NCBI GenBank assembly: GCA_028868995.1
Contig: JAGWTH010000009.1
Location: forward strand, 19,811-83,810
From: Burkholderiales bacterium
GTDB lineage: Bacteria; Pseudomonadota; Gammaproteobacteria; Burkholderiales; Burkholderiaceae_C
Length of the DNA: 64,000 bases
Direction of reading: 5' to 3'
Numbering within the stretch: position 1 is the first letter of the stretch; every line of letters begins with the position of its first letter. Of the stretch, positions 1 through 12,095 are shown in pieces. The position numbers were made by a program, and so were the translations under genes. The notes beneath the pieces were generated by a model, which saw nothing but the letters and a program-made list of their open reading frames with translations, ran no database searches and had not been told where the DNA came from.

Positions 1-1182
<1,182 letters not shown>

Positions 1183-1385
1183 GGGGAAGGAAGTCTCCAG
1201 GGGGGAAGTTCAGGCGCTGCCGGCCGCCGGCGGCGGCGGCCGTCGCGCGAATTCTAGACGGTAGACCGCCGCCCCCCGGGGGCTCCGGCAGCGGCCTGTC
1301 AACCGGCCGGGCGCGTGGTGCGTTTCGGGAGGGTCTGACAGTTTCGTTAGGCACATTCCACAACGATCGATCTGAAGGAAATCCC

Positions 1386-1616
1386 ATGAGCAAGCTCCTC
1401 GCCGCCCTCGTCGCCGGCCTGTTCTCCGCCGCCGTGTTCGCCCAGGCCACCCCGGCCGCCGCCCCGGCTGCCCCGGCCGCCCCCGCCAAGACGGAAGCCA
1501 AGGCCGAAGCGAAGACCGAGAAGAAGGTCGAAAAGAAGGCCGAAAAGAAGGTCGAGAAGAAGGCCGCCAAGAAGGCCGCCAAGAAGGCTGCCAAGAAGGA
1601 AGAGAAGAAGTCGTAA
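1386..1616 (+). CDS. Small exported Ala/Lys/Glu-rich low-complexity protein
   Basis: Signal peptide MSKLLAALVAGLFSAAVFA, then PAAAPA and EKK/AAKK repeats; AAGGA RBS upstream; followed by a terminator. Confidence 0.8.
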   Translation: MSKLLAALVAGLFSAAVFAQATPAAAPAAPAAPAKTEAKAEAKTEKKVEKKAEKKVEKKAAKKAAKKAAKKEEKKS

Positions 1617-1640
1617 TCCCCGGGATTGCCTCGCTTCCAC

Positions 1641-1663
1641 GAGCCGCCTGCGGGCGGCTTTTT
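1641..1663 (+). terminator. Rho-independent terminator
   Basis: AGCCGCC-TGCG-GGCGGCT hairpin followed by a T run. Confidence 0.8.
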
Positions 1664-1728
1664 CGTGGGCGGCCGCGCCCGTGGGGACACGCCGGCACGA
1701 TCCCGCGCAGACCGAAGACAATACCGCC

Positions 1729-2178
1729 ATGAAGAAGCTGCTCGCCCTCGCCTGCGCCGCCGCGCTGGCCGCCTCCGCCTTCGCACAGCAGGCCCAGATG
1801 GACCTCCCGCGCGTGAGGCTCGGCGCCGGCATGTACGTGATCGACGCGCAGGTCGCCTCGACCGACGACCAGCGCATGACCGGCCTCATGTTCCGCAAGG
1901 AGATGCCCCAGCAGGAGGGCATGCTGTTCGTGTTCGACTTCGCGTCCCAGCAGTGCTTCTGGATGAAGAACACGCTGCTGCCCCTGTCGGTCGCCTTCAT
2001 CGACGACGACGGCACCGTCGTCAACATCGATGAAATGAAGCCCCAGACCCTGGACTCGCACTGCTCGGCCAGGCCCGTGCGCTACGTGCTGGAGATGAAC
2101 AAGGGCTGGTTCGCGAAAAGGGGGATCCGGGCCGGCGCCCGGCTGACCGGCACCCCGTTCGGGACCGCGGTCCGATGA
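1729..2178 (+). CDS. DUF192-family exported protein
   Basis: Signal peptide MKKLLALACAAALAASAFA; GLMFR, GMLFVF, FWMKNTLLPLSVAFID and YVLEMN motifs. Confidence 0.88.
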   Translation: MKKLLALACAAALAASAFAQQAQMDLPRVRLGAGMYVIDAQVASTDDQRMTGLMFRKEMPQQEGMLFVFDFASQQCFWMKNTLLPLSVAFIDDDGTVVNIDEMKPQTLDSHCSARPVRYVLEMNKGWFAKRGIRAGARLTGTPFGTAVR

Positions 2179-2181
2179 GGC

Positions 2182-2235
2182 GGCGCCGCTCAGCGGCGCC
2201 TCCGAACGACAAGGGCCCGTCCGGGCCCTTGCTTT
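2182..2235. terminator. Two hairpins between convergent genes (probably bidirectional terminator)
   Basis: GGCGCCGC-TCA-GCGGCGCC (2182-2200) and CAAGGGCCCG-TC-CGGGCCCTTG (2210-2231). Confidence 0.6.
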
Positions 2236-2242
2236 GCTCCGT

Positions 2243-2827
2243 TTACGCGAAGTTCTTCGCCACGAAGTCCCAGTTCACCAGCTTATCGAGGAAGGTCTCG
2301 ACGAACTTCTGGCGCAGGTTGCGGTAGTCGATGTAGTAGGCGTGTTCCCACACGTCCACCGTCAGCAGCGCCTTTCCGTCGCCGTCCTTGAGCGGCGTGC
2401 CGGCGGCGCCCTTGTTGACGATGTCGAGCGTGCCGTCGGCCTTCTTGATCAGCCAGGTCCAGCCGGAGCCGAAGTTGCCGACCGCGGACTTGACGAAGGC
2501 TTCCCGGAACGCCGCGTAGCTGCCCCACTTGGCGTTGATCGCCGCGGCCAGGGCGCCGGCGGGCTCGCCGCCGCCGGCCGGCTTCATGCAGTTCCAGAAG
2601 AAGGTGTGGTTCCAGATCTGGGCCGCGTTGTTGTAGATGCCGCCCGAGGACTTCTTCACGATGTCCTCCAGGGACATGCTCTCGAACTCGGTGCCCTTCT
2701 GCAGGTTGTTCAGGTTCACCACGTAGGCGTTGTGGTGCTTGCCGTGGTGGTACTCGAGGGTTTCCTTCGAGTAGTGCGGAGCCAGCGCGTCGATCGCGTA
2801 CGGCAGGGGGGGCAGGACGTGTTCCAT
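2243..2827 (-). CDS. sodB: Fe-superoxide dismutase
   Basis: [24 protein letters not shown] and DVWEHAYY motifs. Confidence 0.95.
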   Translation of the reverse strand: MEHVLPPLPYAIDALAPHYSKETLEYHHGKHHNAYVVNLNNLQKGTEFESMSLEDIVKKSSGGIYNNAAQIWNHTFFWNCMKPAGGGEPAGALAAAINAKWGSYAAFREAFVKSAVGNFGSGWTWLIKKADGTLDIVNKGAAGTPLKDGDGKALLTVDVWEHAYYIDYRNLRQKFVETFLDKLVNWDFVAKNFA

Positions 2828-2866
2828 CTTCTTCCTCGGTGGGTTGTGGTTTGCGAACGGTCGATT

Positions 2867-4213
2867 CTAGGGACGATTGCGCGCGGTGGGCGCGACCACC
2901 TGCAGATCAACCTCGCCGTCGGCAAGGGCTGCGCGCACGGCCTGGCCGGGATGGACCTGCCCTGCGCTGGTGATGGCCTCGCCCGAAGCGCCATCGGTGA
3001 GCAGCGCATACCCGCGCTGGAGCACCACGCGCGGGTCCAGCAGGCGCAGGCGCAGTTCCAGCCGCTCGTTCGCCCGCGCCGCGCGCTCCAGGCCTGCAGC
3101 AACCCCCGCGCGCAGTCCGTCGCGCAGCGTGGCCAGCTCGTCCTGCGCTCGCCGCAGGCGTGCCGCCAGCGCGAAGCGCAGCCGCTGCGCCTGCCGCTCG
3201 ATGCGCAGGTGCTGCTGGGCGATGCGCGCCGAGGGCCGGCCGAGATGGGCCGCCGCCTGGTCCAGGCGCTGGCTCGCGCGGTCCAGGCGGCGCAGGGCGG
3301 CGTCCTGCAGCCGCTCGCGCATGAGGTCCAGCGCCGCGAGCCAGGTCTCGCGCGGCTGCGCGGCCAGTTCGGCGGCCGCGGTGGGCGTGGGCGCGCGCAC
3401 GTCGGCGCAGAAGTCCGCGATCGTGAAGTCGGTCTCGTGGCCCACTCCGCAGACCAGCGGCACCGGGCTGGCCACGATGACGCGGGCCAGCTGTTCGTCG
3501 TTGAAGGCCCACAGGTCCTCGATGGAGCCGCCGCCGCGCACGAGCAGGATCGTGTCGAGGCTCCCCGCCTCGGCCAGCCGGTACAGCGACTGCAGCGCGG
3601 CCACCAGTTCGCCGGGCGCCTGGGCGCCCTGCACCGACGCCGGGGCCAGCACGACCGGAACGTGCGGCGCCCGCCGTCGCAGGGCGGTGACCACGTCGTG
3701 CAGCGCGGCGGCGCCGGGCGAGGTGACGATGCCGATGCCCCGGGGCCGCAGGGGCAGCCCGCGCTTGCGCGCGCCGTCGAACAGGCCTTCGGCCTCGAGC
3801 TTCGCCTTCAGCCGCAGGAATTGCTCGAACAGCGCGCCCTGGCCGGCCCGGCGCATGCTCTCCACCACGAGCTGCAGGTCACCCCGCGGCTCGTAGACGC
3901 CCAGGCGTCCGGTGACTTCCACCAGCTCGCCGTCGCGCGGCTGGAAATCCAGCAGGCTGGCCGAGCGGCGGAACATGGCGCAGCGGACCTGGCCCTGGGG
4001 GTCCTTCAGCGCGAAGTAGCAGTGGCCGCTGGCCGCTCGGGAGAAGCCGGTCACCTCGCCGCGCACGGCCACCGGATTGAAGCGTGCCTCCAGCGCGTCG
4101 GCCACGGCGCGGCACAGGGCGCCGACGGCCCAGATGCGGCGGCCCGCCGCCGGCGCACCGTCCGTCAACAAAGCCATTTCGACTCGGGGTAAACCCGATG
4201 GAAATTCATCCAC
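2867..4213 (-). CDS. xseA: Exodeoxyribonuclease VII large subunit (start may be ATG at 4177)
   Basis: SGHCYFALKD, RGGGSIEDLWAFN, GVGHETDFTIADF and RAPTPTAAAE motifs. Confidence 0.95.
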   Translation of the reverse strand: MDEFPSGLPRVEMALLTDGAPAAGRRIWAVGALCRAVADALEARFNPVAVRGEVTGFSRAASGHCYFALKDPQGQVRCAMFRRSASLLDFQPRDGELVEVTGRLGVYEPRGDLQLVVESMRRAGQGALFEQFLRLKAKLEAEGLFDGARKRGLPLRPRGIGIVTSPGAAALHDVVTALRRRAPHVPVVLAPASVQGAQAPGELVAALQSLYRLAEAGSLDTILLVRGGGSIEDLWAFNDEQLARVIVASPVPLVCGVGHETDFTIADFCADVRAPTPTAAAELAAQPRETWLAALDLMRERLQDAALRRLDRASQRLDQAAAHLGRPSARIAQQHLRIERQAQRLRFALAARLRRAQDELATLRDGLRAGVAAGLERAARANERLELRLRLLDPRVVLQRGYALLTDGASGEAITSAGQVHPGQAVRAALADGEVDLQVVAPTARNRP

Positions 4214-4389
4214 AGCCGGCAGATGGGGCTCCCAGGCCTGCGCGGCCCCGCGCCAACGCTGATTTTTCCGAGCAAGTCGTTGATTGTTATGAGTTTTTTC
4301 CTGCTCATTTCGTCATCGTTCTGTCACGAGCAAGGATTCATGCGGCCCGGCCCCGCGGAGGAGGCACTTTCTCAACAAAGTTATCCACA
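4206..4389. promoter_or_regulatory. DnaA boxes flanking an IHF consensus site
   Basis: TTATCCACA (perfect DnaA box) at 4381-4389; TCATCCACA (1 mismatch) at 4206-4214; reverse complement of 4273-4285 is AATCAACGACTTG, matching WATCAANNNNTTR. Confidence 0.6.
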
Positions 4390-4515
4390 AGTTTTGTGAG
4401 TGTCGTCCTACGGCCACGCAAGAGGCTTGGGCAGAGTTCGTCTCCGCCATAATCCGCCGCACGTGAGGCGCCAAGGGCGCCCATCCAGCTTCAGTATCCC
4501 GGCAGAGGACCCCGT

Positions 4516-5148
4516 TTGCTTTCGATCATACAAGCCGCAGGCTGGCCGATCTGGCCGTTGGTAGCCTGCTCCATCCTGGCCCTCGCCCTCATCATCGAAC
4601 GCTTCATCAGCCTCAAGACCGCCAAGGTCGCCCCGCCCAAGCTGCTGGACGAGGCGCTCGCGGTGTCCCGGGTGTCCGTGCCGGCGCCCGACGTGGTCCG
4701 CCAGCTGGAGCAGAACTCGGCCCTGGGCGAGGTGCTGGCGAGCGGCTTCCGCGCCCTCAATTCGGACCCCCGCTGCAGCGAGGCCGACCTGCGCGCCAGC
4801 ATGGAAAGCACCGGCCGCGCGGTGGCCCACCGCCTGGAGCGCTACCTCAACGCGCTGGCCACCATCGCCTCGGCCGCCCCGCTGCTGGGCCTGCTGGGCA
4901 CCGTGATCGGCATGATCGAGATCTTCGGCTCGCAGAGCGCCGCCGGCGGCGTGGCCGGCGGCAACCCGGCGCAGCTGGCCCACGGCATCTCGGTGGCCCT
5001 CTACAACACCGCCTTCGGCCTGGTGGTCGCGATCCCCTCGCTGATTTTCTGGCGGTACTTCCGCGGCCGCGTGGACGAGTACCTGCTGACGCTGGAGCTC
5101 TCGGCCGAGCGCTTCGTGCGCCACCTGGTGCAGCTGCGCAGGGCCTGA
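4516..5148 (+). CDS. exbB: MotA/TolQ/ExbB proton channel protein
   Basis: LATIASAAPLLGLLGTVIGMIEIF and GISVALYNTAFGLVVAIP motifs; TTG start. Confidence 0.9.
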   Translation: MLSIIQAAGWPIWPLVACSILALALIIERFISLKTAKVAPPKLLDEALAVSRVSVPAPDVVRQLEQNSALGEVLASGFRALNSDPRCSEADLRASMESTGRAVAHRLERYLNALATIASAAPLLGLLGTVIGMIEIFGSQSAAGGVAGGNPAQLAHGISVALYNTAFGLVVAIPSLIFWRYFRGRVDEYLLTLELSAERFVRHLVQLRRA

Positions 5149-5159
5149 GCCTTCCGTCC

Positions 5160-5588
5160 ATGAACTTCCGCCCGCGCCCCAAGGACGAGCCGGAGATCAA
5201 CCTGATCCCGTTCATCGACGTGCTGCTGGTGATCCTCATCTTCCTGATGCTGACCACCACCTACAGCAAGTTCACGGAGATGCAGCTGAAGCTGCCGGTG
5301 GCCGACACCGAAGCCCAGCGCGACTACCCGAAGGAGGTCGTGGTCGCGGTCTCCGCCGACGGCCGCTACATGGTCAACCGGCAACCCATCGAGGGCCGCA
5401 GCACCGAGGTCCTCGCCGCCGCGCTGGCCGATGCCGCCAAGGCCGGCAAGGACTCGGTGGTCATCATCAGCGCGGACGCCACGGCCACCCACCAGTCGGT
5501 GATCACGGTGATGGAAGCCGCGCGCCGGGTCGGGCTGTCGCAGATCACCTTCGCCACCCAGTCCTCGGCGCAGGCCGGGGCCAAGTGA
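5160..5588 (+). CDS. exbD: ExbD/TolR biopolymer transport protein
   Basis: EINLIPFIDVLLVILIFLM motif. Confidence 0.92.
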   Translation: MNFRPRPKDEPEINLIPFIDVLLVILIFLMLTTTYSKFTEMQLKLPVADTEAQRDYPKEVVVAVSADGRYMVNRQPIEGRSTEVLAAALADAAKAGKDSVVIISADATATHQSVITVMEAARRVGLSQITFATQSSAQAGAK

Positions 5589-6574
5589 GCGTGCTGCAGC
5601 ACGCGTGGCTGCGCCGCGGCGCGGCCGCGCGGCTGCTCTATCCCCTCTCCCTCCTCTACCGCGCGCTGGTCGCGCTGGACCGGGGCCTCCACGCCCTCGG
5701 CCTGCGCCCGCGCGAGCGGCTGCCGGTGCCGGTGGTCGTCGTGGGCAATGTGGTCGCCGGCGGCGCGGGCAAGACGCCCGTGGTGCTCGCGCTCCTGGAC
5801 CACCTGGCCGGGCGCGGCATCGCCGCCGGCGTGGTCTCGCGCGGCTACGGGCGCGCGGGATCGGAGTGCATCGAGGTCCACCCCGGGGACGCCGCGAGCC
5901 GCACCGGCGACGAGCCGCTGCTGCTGCGGCGCCGCTCGGGCGCGCCGGTGTTCGTCGCGCGCCGGCGCGCCGACGCGGGCCGCGCGCTCCTGCGCGCCCA
6001 TCCCGCCACCCGGGTCATCGTGAGCGACGACGGCCTGCAGCACCACGGGCTCGCGCGGGACATCGAGATCTGCGTGTTCGACGGGCGCGGCGCCGGCAAC
6101 GGCTGGCTGCTGCCCGCGGGCCCGCTGCGCGAGCCGTGGCCGCGCCCGGTCGACCTGGTGCTGGTGCACGGCGACCCGCCGGGGATCGCCGGCCATCGCA
6201 TGCGGCGCGCGCTGGCCCCCGAGGCGGTGCGCGCGGACGGCAGCCGCCTCCCGCTGGCCGGGCTGCGCGGGCCGAACCTGCACGCGATCGCGGCGATTGC
6301 GAACCCGGAGGTGTTCTTCGCCATGCTGCGCGCCGCCGGGGTGCCGCTGGCCGCGACGCACGCCCTGCCCGACCACCACGACTTCGAGGGAGCGGCGTTC
6401 CCGGCCGATGCCACGCTGGTATGCACCGAGAAGGACGCGGTGAAGCTGTGGCGCACGCGACCCGACGCCTGGGCCGTGCCGCTGCAGGTGGAAATCCCCG
6501 CCGCCTTCTGGCAGGCGTTCGACCGGCTGCTGGACGCGCGGCTATCATCGCCGCATGGATCCCCGCCTCCTTGA
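5585..6574 (+). CDS. lpxK: Tetraacyldisaccharide 4'-kinase
   Basis: [38 protein letters not shown] and CTEKDAVK motifs. Confidence 0.95.
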   Translation: MSVLQHAWLRRGAAARLLYPLSLLYRALVALDRGLHALGLRPRERLPVPVVVVGNVVAGGAGKTPVVLALLDHLAGRGIAAGVVSRGYGRAGSECIEVHPGDAASRTGDEPLLLRRRSGAPVFVARRRADAGRALLRAHPATRVIVSDDGLQHHGLARDIEICVFDGRGAGNGWLLPAGPLREPWPRPVDLVLVHGDPPGIAGHRMRRALAPEAVRADGSRLPLAGLRGPNLHAIAAIANPEVFFAMLRAAGVPLAATHALPDHHDFEGAAFPADATLVCTEKDAVKLWRTRPDAWAVPLQVEIPAAFWQAFDRLLDARLSSPHGSPPP

Positions 6575-6761
6575 GCTGCTGGTGTGCCCCGTGACCAAGG
6601 GGCCGCTCGACTACGACCGCGACCGGCAGGAGCTGATCTCGCGCAGCGCCCGGCTGGCCTATCCCATCCGCGACGGCATCCCGATCCTGCTCGAGGAGGA
6701 CGCGCGCCCCCTGGGCGACGAGGAACTCGAGCGCCTGCCGGCGCGCACGCCCCTCGTGTAG
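6555..6761 (+). CDS. Trm112-family protein (YcaR-like)
   Basis: [14 protein letters not shown]...[13 protein letters not shown]; sits between lpxK and kdsB. Confidence 0.92.
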   Translation: MDPRLLELLVCPVTKGPLDYDRDRQELISRSARLAYPIRDGIPILLEEDARPLGDEELERLPARTPLV

Positions 6762-6765
6762 CGCC

Positions 6766-8314
<1,549 letters not shown>

Positions 8315-8338
8315 TCCGCCGGCCGCGCGCCGCGCGGC

Positions 8339-9274
8339 CTACCGCATCAATTCCAGCAGCAGGGCCACCCGCGCCTTCACCGGCGTGAGGCCCTCGGCCG
8401 CGCGCAGCCGGTCCCCGGCCCGCGGCAGCACCCGACCCTGGGCGCAGCGGCTCGCGCGCCGCACGGCGACTCCGGATGCCTGCGCCGCGAGCAAGGCGGC
8501 TTCGAGCGCATGGTGCACCGTGCCGTTGCCGGTGCCCGCGAGCACGAGGCCCTGCACGCCGTCCTGCACAAGCGCGCGCACGATCGCGCCGTCCGCGCCC
8601 GCGTGGTTCAGCACGATCTCCACCCGTGGCCAGGCTTCGGGCGCGGCCAGTGCGGCGACGCCGCGCAGCAGCCCGCCCTGCGGCCAGGCTCGCAGCAGGC
8701 GCAGCGCGCCCTCCTCCACGTAGGCGATCGGCCCGGCGTCGCCCGAAGCGAAGGCGTCCGTCCGGTAGCTGTGCACCTTCTGCACGTCCGCCGCGCCATG
8801 CACGGCGCCCGCGAACGCCACGACGACCCCGCAGGCCCCGGGCGCGGCGGCCACGGCCAGCGCATCGGCGAGGTTCTGCGGGCCGTCGGCCGCCGCCGAC
8901 GTCGCCGGCCGCATCGCGCCGGTGAGGACGACCGGCTTGGCCGGCGCCAGCACCGACTGCAGGAAGAACGCCGTCTCCTCCAGGGTGTCGGTGCCGTGGG
9001 TGACCACGATGCCCGCGACCCCGTCGTCGGCGAGCCAGTGCGCGCAGCGCCGCGCCAGCGCGCACCAGGTGCCGAAGTCCATGTCCTTGCTGTCGATCTG
9101 CGCCACCTGTTCGGCCTGCAGCTCGATGCCGTCCATGGCCGGCAGGCCCGCCAGCAGGTCCGCCACGCCCACTTCCGCCGCCCGGTAGCCGATGTTGTCC
9201 CGGGCCGATGCCGCCCGGCCGGCGATGGTGCCGCCGGTGCCCAAAACCACGATTCGCCTGCGCTCCACTTGCAT
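8339..9274 (-). CDS. L-asparaginase/glutaminase family
   Basis: [27 protein letters not shown] and TGAMRP motifs. Confidence 0.93.
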   Translation of the reverse strand: MQVERRRIVVLGTGGTIAGRAASARDNIGYRAAEVGVADLLAGLPAMDGIELQAEQVAQIDSKDMDFGTWCALARRCAHWLADDGVAGIVVTHGTDTLEETAFFLQSVLAPAKPVVLTGAMRPATSAAADGPQNLADALAVAAAPGACGVVVAFAGAVHGAADVQKVHSYRTDAFASGDAGPIAYVEEGALRLLRAWPQGGLLRGVAALAAPEAWPRVEIVLNHAGADGAIVRALVQDGVQGLVLAGTGNGTVHHALEAALLAAQASGVAVRRASRCAQGRVLPRAGDRLRAAEGLTPVKARVALLLELMR

Positions 9275-9285
9275 TCCCCGCGAAA

Positions 9286-9320
9286 CTGTTCAAAAATACA
9301 GATACTGGATATCAACACAG
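9286..9320. promoter_or_regulatory. Two tandem LexA (SOS) boxes
   Basis: CTGT-TCAAAAAT-ACAG at 9286-9301 and CTGG-ATATCAAC-ACAG at 9305-9320, between divergent asparaginase and lexA. Confidence 0.88.
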
Positions 9321-9343
9321 TGCGCCCTGGACAGGAGCCCGCG

Positions 9344-10018
9344 ATGATCGATACACCGAAGCTGACGCCCCGGCAGCAAGAGATTCTGGACCTGATCCAG
9401 ACCGCCATCGCACGTACCGGTGCGCCGCCCACCCGCGCGGAGATCGCCGCGGAGCTCGGTTTCAAGTCGGCCAACGCCGCGGAGGAACACCTGCAGGCGC
9501 TGGCGCGCAAGGGCGTCATCGAGCTGGTGAGCGGCACCTCGCGCGGCATCCGGCTGCAGGGCGAGGCGCTGCGTTCCATCAACGAGTCGCGTTTCAAGCA
9601 GTTCCAGCTGCCGCTGCAGGGCCTGGCGCAGCTGGCGCTGCCGCTGGTGGGGCGGGTGGCCGCCGGCTCGCCGATCCTGGCGCAAGAGCACGTGGACCAG
9701 ACCTACTACGTCGAGAGCGGCCTGTTCCAGCGCCGCCCCGACTACCTGCTCAAGGTGCGCGGCATGTCCATGCGCGACGCCGGCATCATGGACGGCGACC
9801 TGCTCGCCGTGCAGGCCACCAAGGAAGCGAAGAACGGCCAGATCATCGTGGCGCGTCTCGGCGACGACGTCACCGTCAAGCGCTTCCGTCGCAACAAGCA
9901 CCTGATCGAACTGCATCCGGAGAACCCGGACTATCCCACCATCGTGGTGGAGCCCGGCGAGCCGTTCGAAGTCGAGGGCGTGGCCGTCGGCCTGATCCGC
10001 AACACGATGCTCATGTAA
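9344..10018 (+). CDS. lexA: SOS repressor LexA
   Basis: [34 protein letters not shown] (Ser nucleophile) and VTVKR (Lys) motifs. Confidence 0.97.
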   Translation: MIDTPKLTPRQQEILDLIQTAIARTGAPPTRAEIAAELGFKSANAAEEHLQALARKGVIELVSGTSRGIRLQGEALRSINESRFKQFQLPLQGLAQLALPLVGRVAAGSPILAQEHVDQTYYVESGLFQRRPDYLLKVRGMSMRDAGIMDGDLLAVQATKEAKNGQIIVARLGDDVTVKRFRRNKHLIELHPENPDYPTIVVEPGEPFEVEGVAVGLIRNTMLM

Positions 10019-10131
10019 ACCCCCGCGGCGTCCGCAGGTGGCAGGCGTATGGCGAGGCATCGCCATCACCCTGCGGCCGCCGCATTTCCCGACGAATCCT
10101 GCCTGTGCCTTCCAACCACAGGAGCTGTCAC

Positions 10132-10407
10132 ATGGCAACCGCTTTCCTCCTCCCGCTCACCCACCTGTACGCCTCGCTGCAGGCGCTGGTCGCCTGGATC
10201 GCGCCGCGTCCCGCGCGCCGCGACCGCGCCGCCGCGCGAGCGCCGGCACCGCGGCCCGCGCCCTGCGTGGCTGCCAAGCCCCTGCGGGTGGTGCGCGTGC
10301 TGGAACCGAGCGCGCCGCGCACTGTCGCCGGCCGGATGGTGATCTCCGGCCGGCTGGCCGACGTGTGCGCGGAGCTGGACCGGCTGGCCGCGCTCGAAGG
10401 CCGCTGA
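10132..10407 (+). CDS. Small hypothetical protein downstream of lexA
   Basis: ACAGGAG RBS then ATG at 10132; ordered C-terminal segment LRVVRVLE...GRMVISGRLADVCAELDRLAALE. Confidence 0.72.
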   Translation: MATAFLLPLTHLYASLQALVAWIAPRPARRDRAAARAPAPRPAPCVAAKPLRVVRVLEPSAPRTVAGRMVISGRLADVCAELDRLAALEGR

Positions 10408-10426
10408 GCGCCGCGGCGCCCGCGCC

Positions 10427-10939
10427 CTACTGCCCGCCGGCGAGGTAGTCCGCCTTGCCCACGTCCACCCCGTTGTGGCGCAGGATCGCGTAGGCGGTGG
10501 TGATGTGGAAGAACAGGTTCGGCAGGGCCCAGTTCAACAGGTAGGCCTGCGCCTTCATGGTCCGGGTCTTGTCGCGCCCCACCGGGAAGGTGACGTCCTT
10601 GTCCTCGGTGCCGTCGAGCGCGCTGGCCGGCACGGTGGCCAGCCAGTCCAGCGTCTTCTGCACCCGGGCCTTCAACTCGGGGAACGTGGCCTCCTGGTCG
10701 TCGAACTTCGGCGCCTCGAGCCCGGAGATCCGCACCACGCAGTTCTTGGCGGCGTCGCAGGCGATCAGGATCTGGCGCGTGAACGGCAGCATGTCGGGCG
10801 CCAGCCGGTAGCTCGCGAGGACGGCCGGGTCGAAATTGCGGGCCTGGGCGCTCGCCTCTCCCTTGTCGAGGATGTGGGCGAGGTTGCGCAGCATGTGCTG
10901 GAACACGGGCACGCTGGCCGTGTACATCGAAAGCGCCAT
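10427..10939 (-). CDS. DUF1993-family protein
   Basis: RLAPDMLPFTRQILIACD and ALPNLFFHITTAYAILRHNGVDVGKADYL motifs. Confidence 0.9.
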   Translation of the reverse strand: MALSMYTASVPVFQHMLRNLAHILDKGEASAQARNFDPAVLASYRLAPDMLPFTRQILIACDAAKNCVVRISGLEAPKFDDQEATFPELKARVQKTLDWLATVPASALDGTEDKDVTFPVGRDKTRTMKAQAYLLNWALPNLFFHITTAYAILRHNGVDVGKADYLAGGQ

Positions 10940-11031
10940 GAGGAGTCTCCGGTCGTCGAAAAGGCAGCATGCTAACCGTCCTGTGGCAGGCTTGCCACGC
11001 GCGCCGCGGGAGCCAAGGCACAATGGCGGGA

Positions 11032-12039
11032 ATGAACATCGTGATCCTCGACGATTACCAGGACGCGGTCCGCAAGCTGCAGTGCGCGTCCAAGCTGGAG
11101 GCCTATCCCGCCAAGGTCTTCACCAACACCGTCAAGGGCATCGGCCAGCTGTCGGTGCGTCTGCGTGACGCCGACGTGATCGTGCTGATCCGCGAGCGCA
11201 CCCACATCACCCGCCAGCTGGTGGAGAAGCTGCCCCGCCTCAAGCTGATCTCCCAGACCGGCCGCGTCGGCGCGCACGTCGACATCGAGGCCTGCACCGA
11301 GCGCGGCATCGCGGTGGCCGAGGGCGTCGGCTCGCCGGTCGCGCCGGCGGAGCTGACCTGGGCACTGATCATGACGGCCATGCGCCGCCTGCCGCAGTAC
11401 ATCGCCAGCCTGAAGCACGGCGCCTGGCAGCAGTCCGGCATGAAGGCGGCCTCCATGCCCGCCAATTTCGGCGTCGGCATGGTCCTGCGCGGCAAGACGC
11501 TGGGCATCTGGGGCTACGGCAAGATCGGCCAGCTGGTGGCCGGCTACGGCAAGGCCTTCGGCATGCGCGTGCAGGTCTGGGGCAGCCCGGAGTCGCGCGC
11601 CAAGGCGGTGGCCGACGGCCTGCTCGCCGCCCCCAGCCGCGAGGCGCTGTTCGCCGAGAGCGACGTGCTGAGCCTGCACCTGCGCCTGAACGAGGAAACC
11701 TTCGGCATCGTCAAGCTCGAGGACCTCAATCGCATGAAGCCCACCTCGCTGATCGTCAACACCTCGCGTGCCGAACTGGTCGAGCCCGAGGCGCTGATTG
11801 CGGCCCTGAACCGAGGCCGCCCCGGCATGGCGGCGATCGACGTGTTCGAGAGCGAGCCGATCCTGCAAGGCCACGCCCTGCTGCGGCTGGAGAACTGCAT
11901 CTGCACGCCGCACATCGGCTACGTGGAGCAGGAAAGCTACGAGCTTTACTTCGGCGCGGCCTTCGACAACGTCGTCAACTACATCAAGGGCACGCCGACC
12001 AACATCGTGAACCCGGGCGCGCTGCAGGTGCGGCGCTAG
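11032..12039 (+). CDS. D-2-hydroxyacid dehydrogenase family
   Basis: MNIVILDDYQD, GKTLGIWGYGKIG, LSLHLRL, VNTSRA and TPHIGYV motifs. Confidence 0.93.
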   Translation: MNIVILDDYQDAVRKLQCASKLEAYPAKVFTNTVKGIGQLSVRLRDADVIVLIRERTHITRQLVEKLPRLKLISQTGRVGAHVDIEACTERGIAVAEGVGSPVAPAELTWALIMTAMRRLPQYIASLKHGAWQQSGMKAASMPANFGVGMVLRGKTLGIWGYGKIGQLVAGYGKAFGMRVQVWGSPESRAKAVADGLLAAPSREALFAESDVLSLHLRLNEETFGIVKLEDLNRMKPTSLIVNTSRAELVEPEALIAALNRGRPGMAAIDVFESEPILQGHALLRLENCICTPHIGYVEQESYELYFGAAFDNVVNYIKGTPTNIVNPGALQVRR

Positions 12040-12095
12040 GGAAACCGGGCCGCCCCGCAGGGTCATGGCGGATCACGCATGATGCGTCCGCGCCC

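Noticed and set aside
6555-6575. ATGGATCCCCGCC at the Trm112 start resembles the REP in cysN
   Set aside because: It is the normal [10 protein letters not shown]-terminus and lacks the second arm of the palindrome.
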